Source: an uncultured delta proteobacterium (GTDB lineage Bacteria > Desulfobacterota > Binatia > Binatales > Binataceae). From it: DNA of 64,000 nucleotides. The translations under genes were made by a program, and so were the position numbers. The notes beneath the pieces were generated by a model. That model did not search any database. It saw only the letters and a program-made list of their open reading frames with translations, and was not told where the DNA came from. Location of the stretch: contig CAWJET010000001.1 of NCBI GenBank assembly GCA_963842085.1, positions 2,208,001 through 2,272,000 on the forward strand. Direction: 5' to 3'. Positions 52,314 through 61,463 of this stretch are shown piece after piece (position 1 is the stretch's first letter; each line of letters starts with the position of its first letter).

Positions 52314-53423
52314 CTAAAATGTCACCACGCTTCGAATCGACTTGCCTTCGTGCATCAGGTGGAAGGCGTCGTTTATTTTATCGAGCGGCATCGCGTGCGT
52401 GATCAGGTCGTCGATATTGATCCTGCCTTCCATATACCAATCGACGATTTTCGGTACGTCGCGGCGTCCGCGCGCGCCGCCAAAGGCCGTGCCCTTCCAC
52501 GTCCGTCCCGTAACGAGCTGAAAAGGCCGCGTCGATATCTCCTGCCCCGCGCCGGCGACGCCGATGATCACGCTGGTGCCCCATCCGCGCTGACAGCATT
52601 CCAGCGCCTGGCGCATCAGCTTCACGTTGCCGACGCATTCGAACGAAAAATCCGCGCCGCCGCGCGTCAGATTCACGATATGCGGGACGAGCTCGCCCTC
52701 GACCTCCGCGGGATTTACGAAATGCGTCATCCCGAATTTCTCGGCGATCGCCTTGCGCGCGGGATTGAGATCGATGCCGACGATCATCGATGCGCCCGCC
52801 AGCCGCGCGCCCTGCACGACATTGAGGCCGATTCCCCCGAGCCCGAAAACCACCACCCTGTCTCCGGCCTGCACTTTGGCCGTGTTCAGTACGGCGCCAA
52901 TCCCGGTCGTGACGCCGCATCCGATGTAGCAAATCTTTTCGAACGGCGCGTCGCCGCGGACCGTGGCCAGCGCGATCTCGGGCACCACGGTAAAATTCGC
53001 GAACGTCGAAGTGCCCATGTAGTGATGAATCGGCTTCCCGCCGCGCGAGAATCTGCTGGTGCCGTCGGGCATCACGCCGCGGCCCTGCGTCTCGCGGATC
53101 GCCGTGCACAGATTGGTCTTGCCCGAGAGGCACGCCGCGCAGTTGCGGCATTCGGGAATGTAGAGCGGGATGACGTGGTCGCCGCGTTTCAGCGTCGCTA
53201 CGCCGGCCCCCGTTTCAACCACGACGCCTGCGCCCTCATGTCCGAGGATCGCAGGGAAGAGACCCTCGGGATCGGCGCCCGACAACGTGTAGGCGTCGGT
53301 GTGGCAGACGCCGGTGGCCTTGATTTCGACCAACACTTCGCCGGCCCTTGGCCCTTCGAGGTCAACGCTCGCGACTTCGAGCGGTTCGCCGGCCTTGTTC
53401 GCGATTGCTGCTTTTACTTTCAC
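52314..53423 (-). CDS. frmA: S-(hydroxymethyl)glutathione dehydrogenase / class III ADH
   Basis: GVCHTDAYTLSG.DPEG.FP.ILGHEG, CRNCAAC..KTNLC, TRPFQLVTGR; GTG start at 53423. Confidence 0.93.
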   Translation of the reverse strand: MKVKAAIANKAGEPLEVASVDLEGPRAGEVLVEIKATGVCHTDAYTLSGADPEGLFPAILGHEGAGVVVETGAGVATLKRGDHVIPLYIPECRNCAACLSGKTNLCTAIRETQGRGVMPDGTSRFSRGGKPIHHYMGTSTFANFTVVPEIALATVRGDAPFEKICYIGCGVTTGIGAVLNTAKVQAGDRVVVFGLGGIGLNVVQGARLAGASMIVGIDLNPARKAIAEKFGMTHFVNPAEVEGELVPHIVNLTRGGADFSFECVGNVKLMRQALECCQRGWGTSVIIGVAGAGQEISTRPFQLVTGRTWKGTAFGGARGRRDVPKIVDWYMEGRINIDDLITHAMPLDKINDAFHLMHEGKSIRSVVTF

Positions 53424-53605
53424 GATTCCAGCGCGTCGTTCGCAATATAATACGCTGGTGCATCGCGCGGCGAACACACCTAGTGCCGCACGCTTGATGG
53501 CAATCGCAAATGGTGCCAAACATCCTTAGACCGTCGATGACATCCTGCTAGAGAGATTCGCGAATCCTGACCCCTCGAAATAATCGTATCGATAGAGGAC
53601 AAAAG

Positions 53606-53983
53606 ATGGCCGACAAAGCATTGACGCCGGACCAGCTGATCGCATCGCTGCTCGAAGGCAAATCGCGCCGCGAGGTCATGGTGATCCTGGCGCGGCTCGA
53701 GCACGGCGGCGCCGGCATCTATCAGTCGCTCGCGGCTAACGAACGCAATGCGAAGGCGCGCGCGGCATTGCTTGCCGGCGCCGAGCGCGAGGAGCAGAAT
53801 TCCGCGCTGCTCAAGACGATGACCGCCGTCAAGGAAGAGTGCGAAAAGTGCGGCAAGGCGCTGGCGCCCCCTGCCCCTGCTCTGTGTTGTTCATTTCAAT
53901 GCACCTTCTGCCCCGACTGCGCGGACGAATACAAGCACATGTGTCCGAACTGTTCGGGAGAGCTGTCGGCGCGTACCATTTGA
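53606..53983 (+). CDS. DUF1272 Cys-rich domain fused to an N-terminal helical (ferritin-like half) segment
   Basis: C-terminal CEKC...CSFQCTFCPDC...CPNCSGEL; GAGGA ribosome-binding site. Confidence 0.75.
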   Translation: MADKALTPDQLIASLLEGKSRREVMVILARLEHGGAGIYQSLAANERNAKARAALLAGAEREEQNSALLKTMTAVKEECEKCGKALAPPAPALCCSFQCTFCPDCADEYKHMCPNCSGELSARTI

Positions 53984-53999
53984 GGTCGCGGGATTTGCA

Positions 54000-54863
54000 A
54001 TGCAAGTAATCGGCACGGTCAAGGAAATCTGGCGATACCCGGTCAAGTCGATGGCCGGCGAACGCCTGCAGCGTGCCAACCTCGGCGCGCTTGGAATCTA
54101 TGGCGACCGCGGGTGGGCGATTCGCGATGAAAAGGCCGGCGAGATCCGTAATGCGCGCAAGCTGCCCAGGCTGCTGCATTGCACCGCCGTGTATCTGCGC
54201 GAGCCATCCGGAAACGAAGTACCCCCAGCGCAAATCACGACGCCCAACGGGACGACCTTTCGCTCCGACTCCGCCGAGGCGAACGCACGGCTCTCCGAGC
54301 TGCTCGGCCGACCCGTCTCGATCTGGCCGATCCAGCCGCCAACCGAGCGCGACTTCCTTCGCCGCGCCGCACCCGACAATCCCGATATGATGGCCGAGAT
54401 GCGCGAGGTCTTCGGCCGGCTCGAAAACGAGCCGCTGCCGGACTTTTCCACGCTGCCGCCGCAGATTCTCGAGTTCACGTCGCCGTTCGGCACCTTCTTC
54501 GACGCGTTTCCCTTTCACCTGCTCACCACCGCGTCGTTGAACGCGCTCGCCAGCCGCAATCCTGCCGCCGATTTCGACTCGCGCCGGTTTCGTCCCAACG
54601 TCGTGGTCGAGACCAGCAACGGAATCGAAGGATTGGTCGAAGCCGAATGGTCGGGACGAACGATCCGAATCGGCGCCACGCGCATCAAGCTCGAGATGCC
54701 GTGTGTGCGATGCGTAATACCGACGCTCGATCAGCCGGGGGTGAAGAAGGATCCTTCGGTCCTGCGCACCATCGTGCGCGATGGGGCGCAGAATCTCGGC
54801 GCCTACGCGACGATTGCCACCGGTGGAACGATCGCGCTCGGCGACCAGGTCGAGCTCGAATAA
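54000..54863 (+). CDS. MOSC domain protein
   Basis: IWRYPVKSMAGE, GDRGWA, FFDAFP, RRFRPNVV, PCVRCV. Confidence 0.92.
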   Translation: MQVIGTVKEIWRYPVKSMAGERLQRANLGALGIYGDRGWAIRDEKAGEIRNARKLPRLLHCTAVYLREPSGNEVPPAQITTPNGTTFRSDSAEANARLSELLGRPVSIWPIQPPTERDFLRRAAPDNPDMMAEMREVFGRLENEPLPDFSTLPPQILEFTSPFGTFFDAFPFHLLTTASLNALASRNPAADFDSRRFRPNVVVETSNGIEGLVEAEWSGRTIRIGATRIKLEMPCVRCVIPTLDQPGVKKDPSVLRTIVRDGAQNLGAYATIATGGTIALGDQVELE

Positions 54864-54985
54864 ACAGCCCTCAACGACTTCATACCGGAGGCTCGCCACC
54901 AACCGTCATTTGGTCGCCACCCGCGTTAGGCACGAGGTCACGCCCGTCGATCGCAGGCAGGCATCAACTTGAGCGAGGATCGTTC

Positions 54986-56779
54986 CTACGGGTTGCCTTT
55001 GTTGGAGATAGTCGCTGTCGTCCCGTCGAACTTGGTGAGACTGACGGTGAACGGCTCGTTGTAGGTCCGCGCCTTATCCCTCAGGAAACTTAGCGCGACG
55101 GCCTCACCCAGCAACATCGAGGTATCCGTGTCGCTGCGCCAGTGGATGCCGGCGTGGATCCCGTGACCGAAACTGACGTTGTGTCCGAGCTTGTTGAGCT
55201 CGCCATTGACGGTCAGGTGGCCCGCATCCGAGCCGGTGTAATCCGTCAGCGAAAGCCCGTCGTCCGAAGGCACCTGCGGATTTGGAATCACGAAGGTGCC
55301 GTCGAAGAAGAACTTCAGGATTGTGATGCAAGCGCCGCCGACGGTGCCGTGTCCGGTCGGGTAAGAGGGATGCGTCGGCGAGCCCTCAGGAAACGCTTGC
55401 GACAGCAGCCACGAATTATACTTGTTGAAACTCTGCTGCAGTCCAATGGAGTTCAGGATAACATTGCTCAGAGTGACGTCAGTGTCGCCGCCTTGTCCAG
55501 TCTTTATCAACTGGACGATGCCTCCGATGGCCTCGGGACGGGGACGGAGATGGACAAACCATTTCTGGTACCAGACACCATTGAGGGCCCTGACGGCGAC
55601 TTCGGCGAGGGTCGCCGCGAAATCGGGCCCGCCGAACGTGCCGAAGCCGTTTTCCGTGTGCGAGCCTATATAGGGGTTGCCGGGATTCAGCGGCGCGCCA
55701 ATTGAGTTGAGCACGAGGAACGCCGTGAAGTAGGCCTGGTAAAGCACGTCAACGTGGGTAAACGCGGCGAGATCACGACCATTATGCCGGTAGCGAAGGT
55801 CCGGATCGATCTGATTCTGATCGCCGGTGACATTGCCATTCTGCACAGTCAGCCAATCGGCGAAACTGGTCATGTAGTCGATGTCCGGCAGATAGCTCAC
55901 CATCTGCTGGCTTATCGGTTGGGCACCCAGGTTCGTCGGCGTAATGAAGAATTGCGAGATGTAAGGCCCCAGCGTCTCGCCCGGGAAGGCGCCCCGGAAC
56001 AGCAAGTTCGGTGTCATCTGGCCGCTGCCGTTCCTCGGCCCGAAATAGGTAGGTTGCGCTCCTAATTCCGCTGCTGCGTGAGCGGCCAGCCGGCTCGTGC
56101 CATAGTCGGTGAAGGCCACATCGCGAAGGAGAGAAGCCCAGTAATGTTCGAGCAGCTCGGTGGCCGTCTGGTCGCTTGCTGTTTTAGGGGCGGGAGGCAC
56201 CTGAGGCTGGCCGAACTGCACGTTGTCGAGCGCTTCCAGATCGAAGGCCAGGCCACCTTGCGGGTCGTTTTGCGTGCGCGTGCCACCCACGATGATCTTT
56301 TCGAAATCCGAAAACTCTCCCGTGTTCAACGCATGCGTGAAGGAGGCGAACGCGGTCAGATCCACCCGTCCGAAGTTGTCGTGCGGAAGACCCTTGGTGT
56401 ACGTGCCGCCCTTGTCGGCGTATAGCGCAGTATCGCCGTTGTTGACGTTGACCGCGGGCGGAACGAGTGCATCCTGAGTCGCTTCACTGACCCGCAGCGA
56501 GTAAGCCTGAATCACCCTGCCGTTGGTGACGCTTGACGGCAGTGCAGTGCTAGTCGTGCCGGAGGAGGACTGCGTCGACGCATTGGCGGACGATGCGGCG
56601 ACGAGCGGAGCCAGGACTCCAGTGGATACGGCAGCGGTCGCCGCGCCGAGCCCTGCGATAAAGCGCCGGCGTCCCGGAGACTTCGGTGCTCCGTTCGATT
56701 CGAGAGTTTCCTCAGAACGGTTTGCGCAGTTCGCCGCTTGGCTCCTAGCGGAAGGATCATCATCAGCCATAAATCCCAC
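54986..56779 (-). CDS. Tat-exported vanadium-dependent haloperoxidase (PAP2 superfamily)
   Basis: Tat motif GRRRFI; ELLEHYW..LLRDVAF; WYQKWFVHLRPRPE; AFPEGSPTHPSYPTGH; GELNKL; GIHWRSD. Confidence 0.88.
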   Translation of the reverse strand: MGFMADDDPSARSQAANCANRSEETLESNGAPKSPGRRRFIAGLGAATAAVSTGVLAPLVAASSANASTQSSSGTTSTALPSSVTNGRVIQAYSLRVSEATQDALVPPAVNVNNGDTALYADKGGTYTKGLPHDNFGRVDLTAFASFTHALNTGEFSDFEKIIVGGTRTQNDPQGGLAFDLEALDNVQFGQPQVPPAPKTASDQTATELLEHYWASLLRDVAFTDYGTSRLAAHAAAELGAQPTYFGPRNGSGQMTPNLLFRGAFPGETLGPYISQFFITPTNLGAQPISQQMVSYLPDIDYMTSFADWLTVQNGNVTGDQNQIDPDLRYRHNGRDLAAFTHVDVLYQAYFTAFLVLNSIGAPLNPGNPYIGSHTENGFGTFGGPDFAATLAEVAVRALNGVWYQKWFVHLRPRPEAIGGIVQLIKTGQGGDTDVTLSNVILNSIGLQQSFNKYNSWLLSQAFPEGSPTHPSYPTGHGTVGGACITILKFFFDGTFVIPNPQVPSDDGLSLTDYTGSDAGHLTVNGELNKLGHNVSFGHGIHAGIHWRSDTDTSMLLGEAVALSFLRDKARTYNEPFTVSLTKFDGTTATISNKGNP

Positions 56780-56866
56780 CCCATGGCTGCTGCGGAGGAT
56801 CTACCCGCAGGCTCTTGACGTTGCCCGCTTGTAGCAATTTGAAGGCTTGGAAGCTACCCGGGTGAG

Positions 56867-57469
56867 TTAAAATTTACCGCGATTGCGGTTAACCATGATT
56901 TTTGTGGGCATGGCCGACAGACCCGCGAGCAGGGCCGACACGAGCCAGTCGAAGCTCTTGTCGACATCGAGCGGAATGCCGAATCCGCCCGCGATTTCGA
57001 GCGCGGCGAACCCATGCACGGCGCTGCGCACGGCGCGGATGGCGTGAAGGCCCTCGCGGCGATCGAGTCCGTAGCCGCTCAGCGCGGACAGGCAGGTCTC
57101 GACGATCTGGCCGGCGGCCGCTTCGAGGGCGGGGTCGTTTTTCGGCGCCGTCACCATCGTGGCTGCGTAGGTTCCGCGATGGCGCTTAACGAAGGCGCGA
57201 TAGGCGGCGGCGAGAGCGCGGACGGCGTCGTCGCGCGATTTGCCAATCGTCGCGCGGCCGAGAGCCGTGTTGAGGTCGCGCATCACGATCAATTTGAGCT
57301 CGTGGCGCACTCCCTCGAGACCGCCGACGTGATTGTAAAGCGACGGCGGACGGACGCGCAGTTTTTTGGCGAGGCGGGCAAGCGTCAGCGCGTCCCATCC
57401 GAGGTCGTCGGCGATTTTCGCGGCTGCGCGGACGACCGCCTCCTTGTTAATTCCGACGCGCTTCGCCAT
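56867..57469 (-). CDS. TetR family regulator (WHG-type C-terminal domain)
   Basis: LTLARLAKKLRVRPPSLYNHV; RSAVHGFAALE..GGFG. Confidence 0.9.
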   Translation of the reverse strand: MAKRVGINKEAVVRAAAKIADDLGWDALTLARLAKKLRVRPPSLYNHVGGLEGVRHELKLIVMRDLNTALGRATIGKSRDDAVRALAAAYRAFVKRHRGTYAATMVTAPKNDPALEAAAGQIVETCLSALSGYGLDRREGLHAIRAVRSAVHGFAALEIAGGFGIPLDVDKSFDWLVSALLAGLSAMPTKIMVNRNRGKF

Positions 57470-58373
57470 CCTGAGCGTCCTTCATGAAACCGATGATGGC
57501 CGGCGTGACGACCTCGGGATACTCGACGTGCGGGTAATGCCCGGCGCCATCGACCATCAGTTTCTTTCCGTGAAGATGAGTCGCGACCCAGTCGGCTTCG
57601 GCGGCAGGATCGTCGAAGTCCGAGTCGCGCGTGCCCATCACCACCAGCACCGGAGCGTGAACACTGGAAATGCGCGCCTCGCACGGAGCTTGCGAGGCGA
57701 AGATCAGCGCCTTGGTAGCCTCGATTCGTCCGGGCTCTTTCAGATTGGCGACCAGCGCCGCGCGATACGAAGCCAGGTCGGCGGGCGGTGCGGTCTTGTA
57801 CAGTGAGCTGTAGTATATCGACCAGAAATACGGGCCCCACGGACGCATCATCGCGACTTTGAGAAACGCCAGCAGAAATGACGAGGTCGGCATCTCGCGC
57901 GTGAACGGATCGATGAGCACGATTCCGGCGATGCGATCGGGAATCTCGGCGGCTGCCCATACTGCCGAGCCACCGGCCATCGAGTTGCCGACGATGAACG
58001 CCTTGCGCGCGCCGAGATGACGAACCATCGCGACGATGTCGGCGCCGACCAGCGCGGGCGAGTAGTCCGGCCAATCGACGCTCGATTCGCCGTGACCCGG
58101 AAGGTCCATCGTCACCACGCGGAAGCCGGCAGCGACAAGTCGAGGTGCCAGAAAGCGATATTGCTGGCGCATGTCGCCGAGGCCGGGGACGCAGATGACG
58201 AGCGGGCCGCTGCCGCCGGAGTCGTCGTAGGCGATCTGGCCACCGGGCAGTTGCAGGAACTCGGTGGCGGCGGGTCCGGGTGTTCGATCCGCGCGCACCG
58301 GACTGGCGGCGGCTATGCTCAGGACGGCGGCTGCGAGAAGGAGATGGGCTGTATAGCTAATCATCATAGACAT
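57447..58373 (-). CDS. Alpha/beta hydrolase with predicted signal peptide
   Basis: DLPGHGES, nucleophile elbow GNSMAG, GAGHYPH; hydrophobic N-terminus ending VRA. Confidence 0.88.
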   Translation of the reverse strand: MSMMISYTAHLLLAAAVLSIAAASPVRADRTPGPAATEFLQLPGGQIAYDDSGGSGPLVICVPGLGDMRQQYRFLAPRLVAAGFRVVTMDLPGHGESSVDWPDYSPALVGADIVAMVRHLGARKAFIVGNSMAGGSAVWAAAEIPDRIAGIVLIDPFTREMPTSSFLLAFLKVAMMRPWGPYFWSIYYSSLYKTAPPADLASYRAALVANLKEPGRIEATKALIFASQAPCEARISSVHAPVLVVMGTRDSDFDDPAAEADWVATHLHGKKLMVDGAGHYPHVEYPEVVTPAIIGFMKDAQDGEARRN

Positions 58374-58376
58374 CTA

Positions 58377-58391
58377 ACTAATATCATTAGT
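58377..58391. promoter_or_regulatory. Putative TetR operator
   Basis: ACTAAT-ATC-ATTAGT inverted repeat immediately upstream of the hydrolase-tetR pair. Confidence 0.6.
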
Positions 58392-58649
58392 CTCACGATG
58401 CAAGAGGGGAAGTTGTGCCGGATGCACGGCCGGCCCTTTTGTTCAGGGATGAACTGTTCAGCCTGACGCCGGCGCCGTCTGGCGTGTTACGCGTACTGGA
58501 TGGATGACACTCGTGATGCTCGCAACAGGCACGGGTTCTTCGCGCGCGTCTTCGTAAATCCGAAAACCAATTCTGACGGAACGAACCCACCCTTGGTAGT
58601 TGGGCCGCCCCTGCACCACAAGATATGGTAGAAAACGAGAGATGGCTCG

Positions 58650-60227
58650 TTAAGCGGGAGCGTCCACCGTCAGTTGCGGCGTGCGTGCGGGCGGAAGATT
58701 GGCGTAGAGGTCCGCGATCAGATCAGATTTCAGCTTGGCGTAGCCGGCGTCGCTCCAAAGATTGCGCCATTGGAGGGGATCCTCCCGCAAATCGTAGAGT
58801 TCGCCCTCGGTTCCGTCGTAGCGGATGTCGGGGAGCGGCGTCTCGATTCGAAGCACTCTGTAGGCGAGCGAGAGATCGTAGCCGACGTTGCGGGTCGAGG
58901 GCTCGTAAGCGGTGCATACGAAACCGTCGCGATAAATGGACCGCAGATGCATCCCGAGCTGCGCAAATTGACTGTCCCATTCTGTGATGGCGCGCACGCG
59001 CGGCGAGCCGGCCGCGATGGGCAGCGCGGAACCCTGCATCCATCCGGGGATGGGCGCGCCGGCGATCGCGCAGAAGGTCGGCGCCAGATCCAGATGACCG
59101 ACGGGCGCGGAGATTTCGGCGGCGGGCACTTTTGCCGACGGCGCGGGACGCCAGATGAGCGGCACGCGCATCAGCGCGTCGACGTGATAGGGACCTTTGA
59201 AGAGCAGGCCGAAGTCGCCCTGCAACTCGCCGTGATCGGTGGTGAAGAAGACGTCGGTGTCGGCGTCCCATCCGCGCGCGGCGACGGCGGTGAGCACGCG
59301 GCCGCAGGCCTGGTCGATCAATTCGTTCTCGACGTGGACCAGCGCGTTGATCTCGCGCACCTGATCGTGAGTCACCTGGCACGGCACGAAGTTCCACGCG
59401 CCGCCTTCCTCGTTGCGGAAGCGGCCCTGGTACCAATCGAGCCAATGGCGCGGCTTCTGCGCCAGAATCTTTTCGATCTTCTCGCGCGAGCCGGGATGGC
59501 CGGCCGGAAGATCGAGGTCGCGCCAATTGATTCGACGCGCCTCGGACGCGGGCGGATCCCATGGATGATGCGGATCGGGGAAGCTCATCCACACGAACCA
59601 GTCGTCGTTGGGGGAAAGGGTGTTGAGATAGGCGATGGTGCGGTCGGCGATCCAGTCGGTGTGATAGTGCTCGCGCGGAATCGGATTGTAGGCGACCTCG
59701 GGCGCGCCGCTGTCGCCGCCGGCGCTGCCGGAGAGCATCGTGGCAAAGCCGCCGACCTCATCGGGATAGTTCTCGCGCAGCCAGCTCGAGTAGTGGAAGT
59801 AGGCCATCGGCCCGTGCATCGCCAGTTCCATCCAGTCGAAGCCGCGATGCGGCCCGTGCGAGCCTTCGCGGCCCATGCGGTTCTCAGGCCATCGCCCGGC
59901 GGGATCGAACATCGGCTCGAAGTGCGCCTTGCCGATGAGCGCCGTGCGATAGCCGGCGCGGTCATGCAGCCATGCGGCGACGCTGGGCGCGTCGAGGGGA
60001 AGCGGCACCCCGTTGGCGAACACGCCGTGGGTGCGGACGTACTGGCCGGTGATCATGGTCGACCGCGCGGGCATGCAGACCGTGTTCTGATTGTAGGCGC
60101 GGCGATAGTTGATGCCGGCGGCGGCGAGCGAGTCGGCGACCGGGGTGCGCGCGATGCGGCCGCCGTTGCATCCGAGCGAATCGTAACGCTGCTGATCGGT
60201 GGTGATGAAAAGAATCTTGCGGCCCAT
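58650..60227 (-). CDS. Formylglycine-dependent sulfatase
   Basis: ILFITTDQQR, CMPAR (CxPxR), GKAH, SFPDPHHP, TDHGE, ELYDL..DP. Confidence 0.92.
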   Translation of the reverse strand: MGRKILFITTDQQRYDSLGCNGGRIARTPVADSLAAAGINYRRAYNQNTVCMPARSTMITGQYVRTHGVFANGVPLPLDAPSVAAWLHDRAGYRTALIGKAHFEPMFDPAGRWPENRMGREGSHGPHRGFDWMELAMHGPMAYFHYSSWLRENYPDEVGGFATMLSGSAGGDSGAPEVAYNPIPREHYHTDWIADRTIAYLNTLSPNDDWFVWMSFPDPHHPWDPPASEARRINWRDLDLPAGHPGSREKIEKILAQKPRHWLDWYQGRFRNEEGGAWNFVPCQVTHDQVREINALVHVENELIDQACGRVLTAVAARGWDADTDVFFTTDHGELQGDFGLLFKGPYHVDALMRVPLIWRPAPSAKVPAAEISAPVGHLDLAPTFCAIAGAPIPGWMQGSALPIAAGSPRVRAITEWDSQFAQLGMHLRSIYRDGFVCTAYEPSTRNVGYDLSLAYRVLRIETPLPDIRYDGTEGELYDLREDPLQWRNLWSDAGYAKLKSDLIADLYANLPPARTPQLTVDAPA

Positions 60228-60355
60228 CGTGCTTTCCCGCGGACAGATTACCGTTACACTGAAAATACGATCAACCGAGGAAAGAACCGCGGACGCGGGA
60301 CTTTACGCGCGATGCAGCAACCCTGCTAGAGTAGCGGGAGGTAAGGAGAAAAATC

Positions 60356-61441
60356 ATGCGCGCAGCCGTAATGCGAGGCAAAAAGCTCGTCGTTGATAAC
60401 ATTCCCACACCGGCTCCTGGAGCGGGCGAGGCGCTGGTCAAAACGCTCGCGTGCGGGATATGCGGGTCCGATCTGCACGCGCTCAAGCATGCCGAGAAGA
60501 TGGTCGAGGGGTCGCGCAAGGCCGGCGCGCCGTTCGTGATGGATCTGAATCGCGACATCGTGATGGGCCACGAGTTCTGCGCGGAAGTGGTCGATTACGG
60601 GCCGCAGACGCAAAAGCGACTGAAGCCGGGGACCCGCGTGTGCGCGATGCCGGTGCTGATCAGTGCTCGCGGCGTCGAGGCGGTTGGCTACTCGAACGAA
60701 AATCCGGGCGGCTACGGCGAACTGATGCGGCTGACGGAATTTCTGCTGCTCGAGGTGCCCAACGGGCTTTCCACCGAGCGCGCTGCCCTGACGGAACCGA
60801 TGGCGGTGGGATATCACGCGGTGCAGAAAGCGCGGCTGGCCAAGGATGACGCGCCGCTGGTCATCGGATGCGGGCCGGTGGGCCTGGCGGTGATTGCGGC
60901 GCTCAAGCTCGGCGGAGTGCATCCGATCGTGGCGGCGGATTTTTCGCCGCGACGGCGCGAGCTGGCGCGGCAGATGGGCGCGGATTTCGTCGTCGATCCA
61001 AAAGAGCAGTCACCGTACGCGAGTTGGCGGGAGATGGCCGTGTACACCGACCCGTCGAAGGCGCCGATGCTGCCGCCGTGGATGCCGGGGCCGGCGGTCA
61101 GGCCCGCGGTGATCTTCGAATGCGTGGGGGTGCCGGGTGTGATCGAAGGGATCATGTCGGCGGCCCCGGGCAACGCGCGAATCGTGGTGGTGGGGGTGTG
61201 CATGGAGCGCGACCAGATCGAGCCGCTGATGGGAATCAGCAAGGAGCTGAACATTCAGTTCGTGCTCGGCTACGCGCCCGAAGAGTTCGCGGCGACGCTG
61301 AGCAATCTCGCGGAGGGACGCGTCAACGGCGACCCGCTGATCACGGGCAAGGTGGGCGTGGAAGGAGTGGCGCAGGCGTTCGAGGACCTCGCCTCGCCGG
61401 AGACGCACGCGAAGATCCTCGTGGAGCCGTGGCATAGCTGA
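60356..61441 (+). CDS. Zinc-binding alcohol dehydrogenase family protein
   Basis: CGICGSDLH, GHEF, LTEP, GCGPVG. Confidence 0.9.
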   Translation: MRAAVMRGKKLVVDNIPTPAPGAGEALVKTLACGICGSDLHALKHAEKMVEGSRKAGAPFVMDLNRDIVMGHEFCAEVVDYGPQTQKRLKPGTRVCAMPVLISARGVEAVGYSNENPGGYGELMRLTEFLLLEVPNGLSTERAALTEPMAVGYHAVQKARLAKDDAPLVIGCGPVGLAVIAALKLGGVHPIVAADFSPRRRELARQMGADFVVDPKEQSPYASWREMAVYTDPSKAPMLPPWMPGPAVRPAVIFECVGVPGVIEGIMSAAPGNARIVVVGVCMERDQIEPLMGISKELNIQFVLGYAPEEFAATLSNLAEGRVNGDPLITGKVGVEGVAQAFEDLASPETHAKILVEPWHS

Positions 61442-61463
61442 GGAGCGGCGCCTCCCGCACGCT

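Noticed and set aside
58393-58640. Small ORFs between the hydrolase and the sulfatase
   Set aside because: No ribosome-binding site or motif recognised; cannot be supported.
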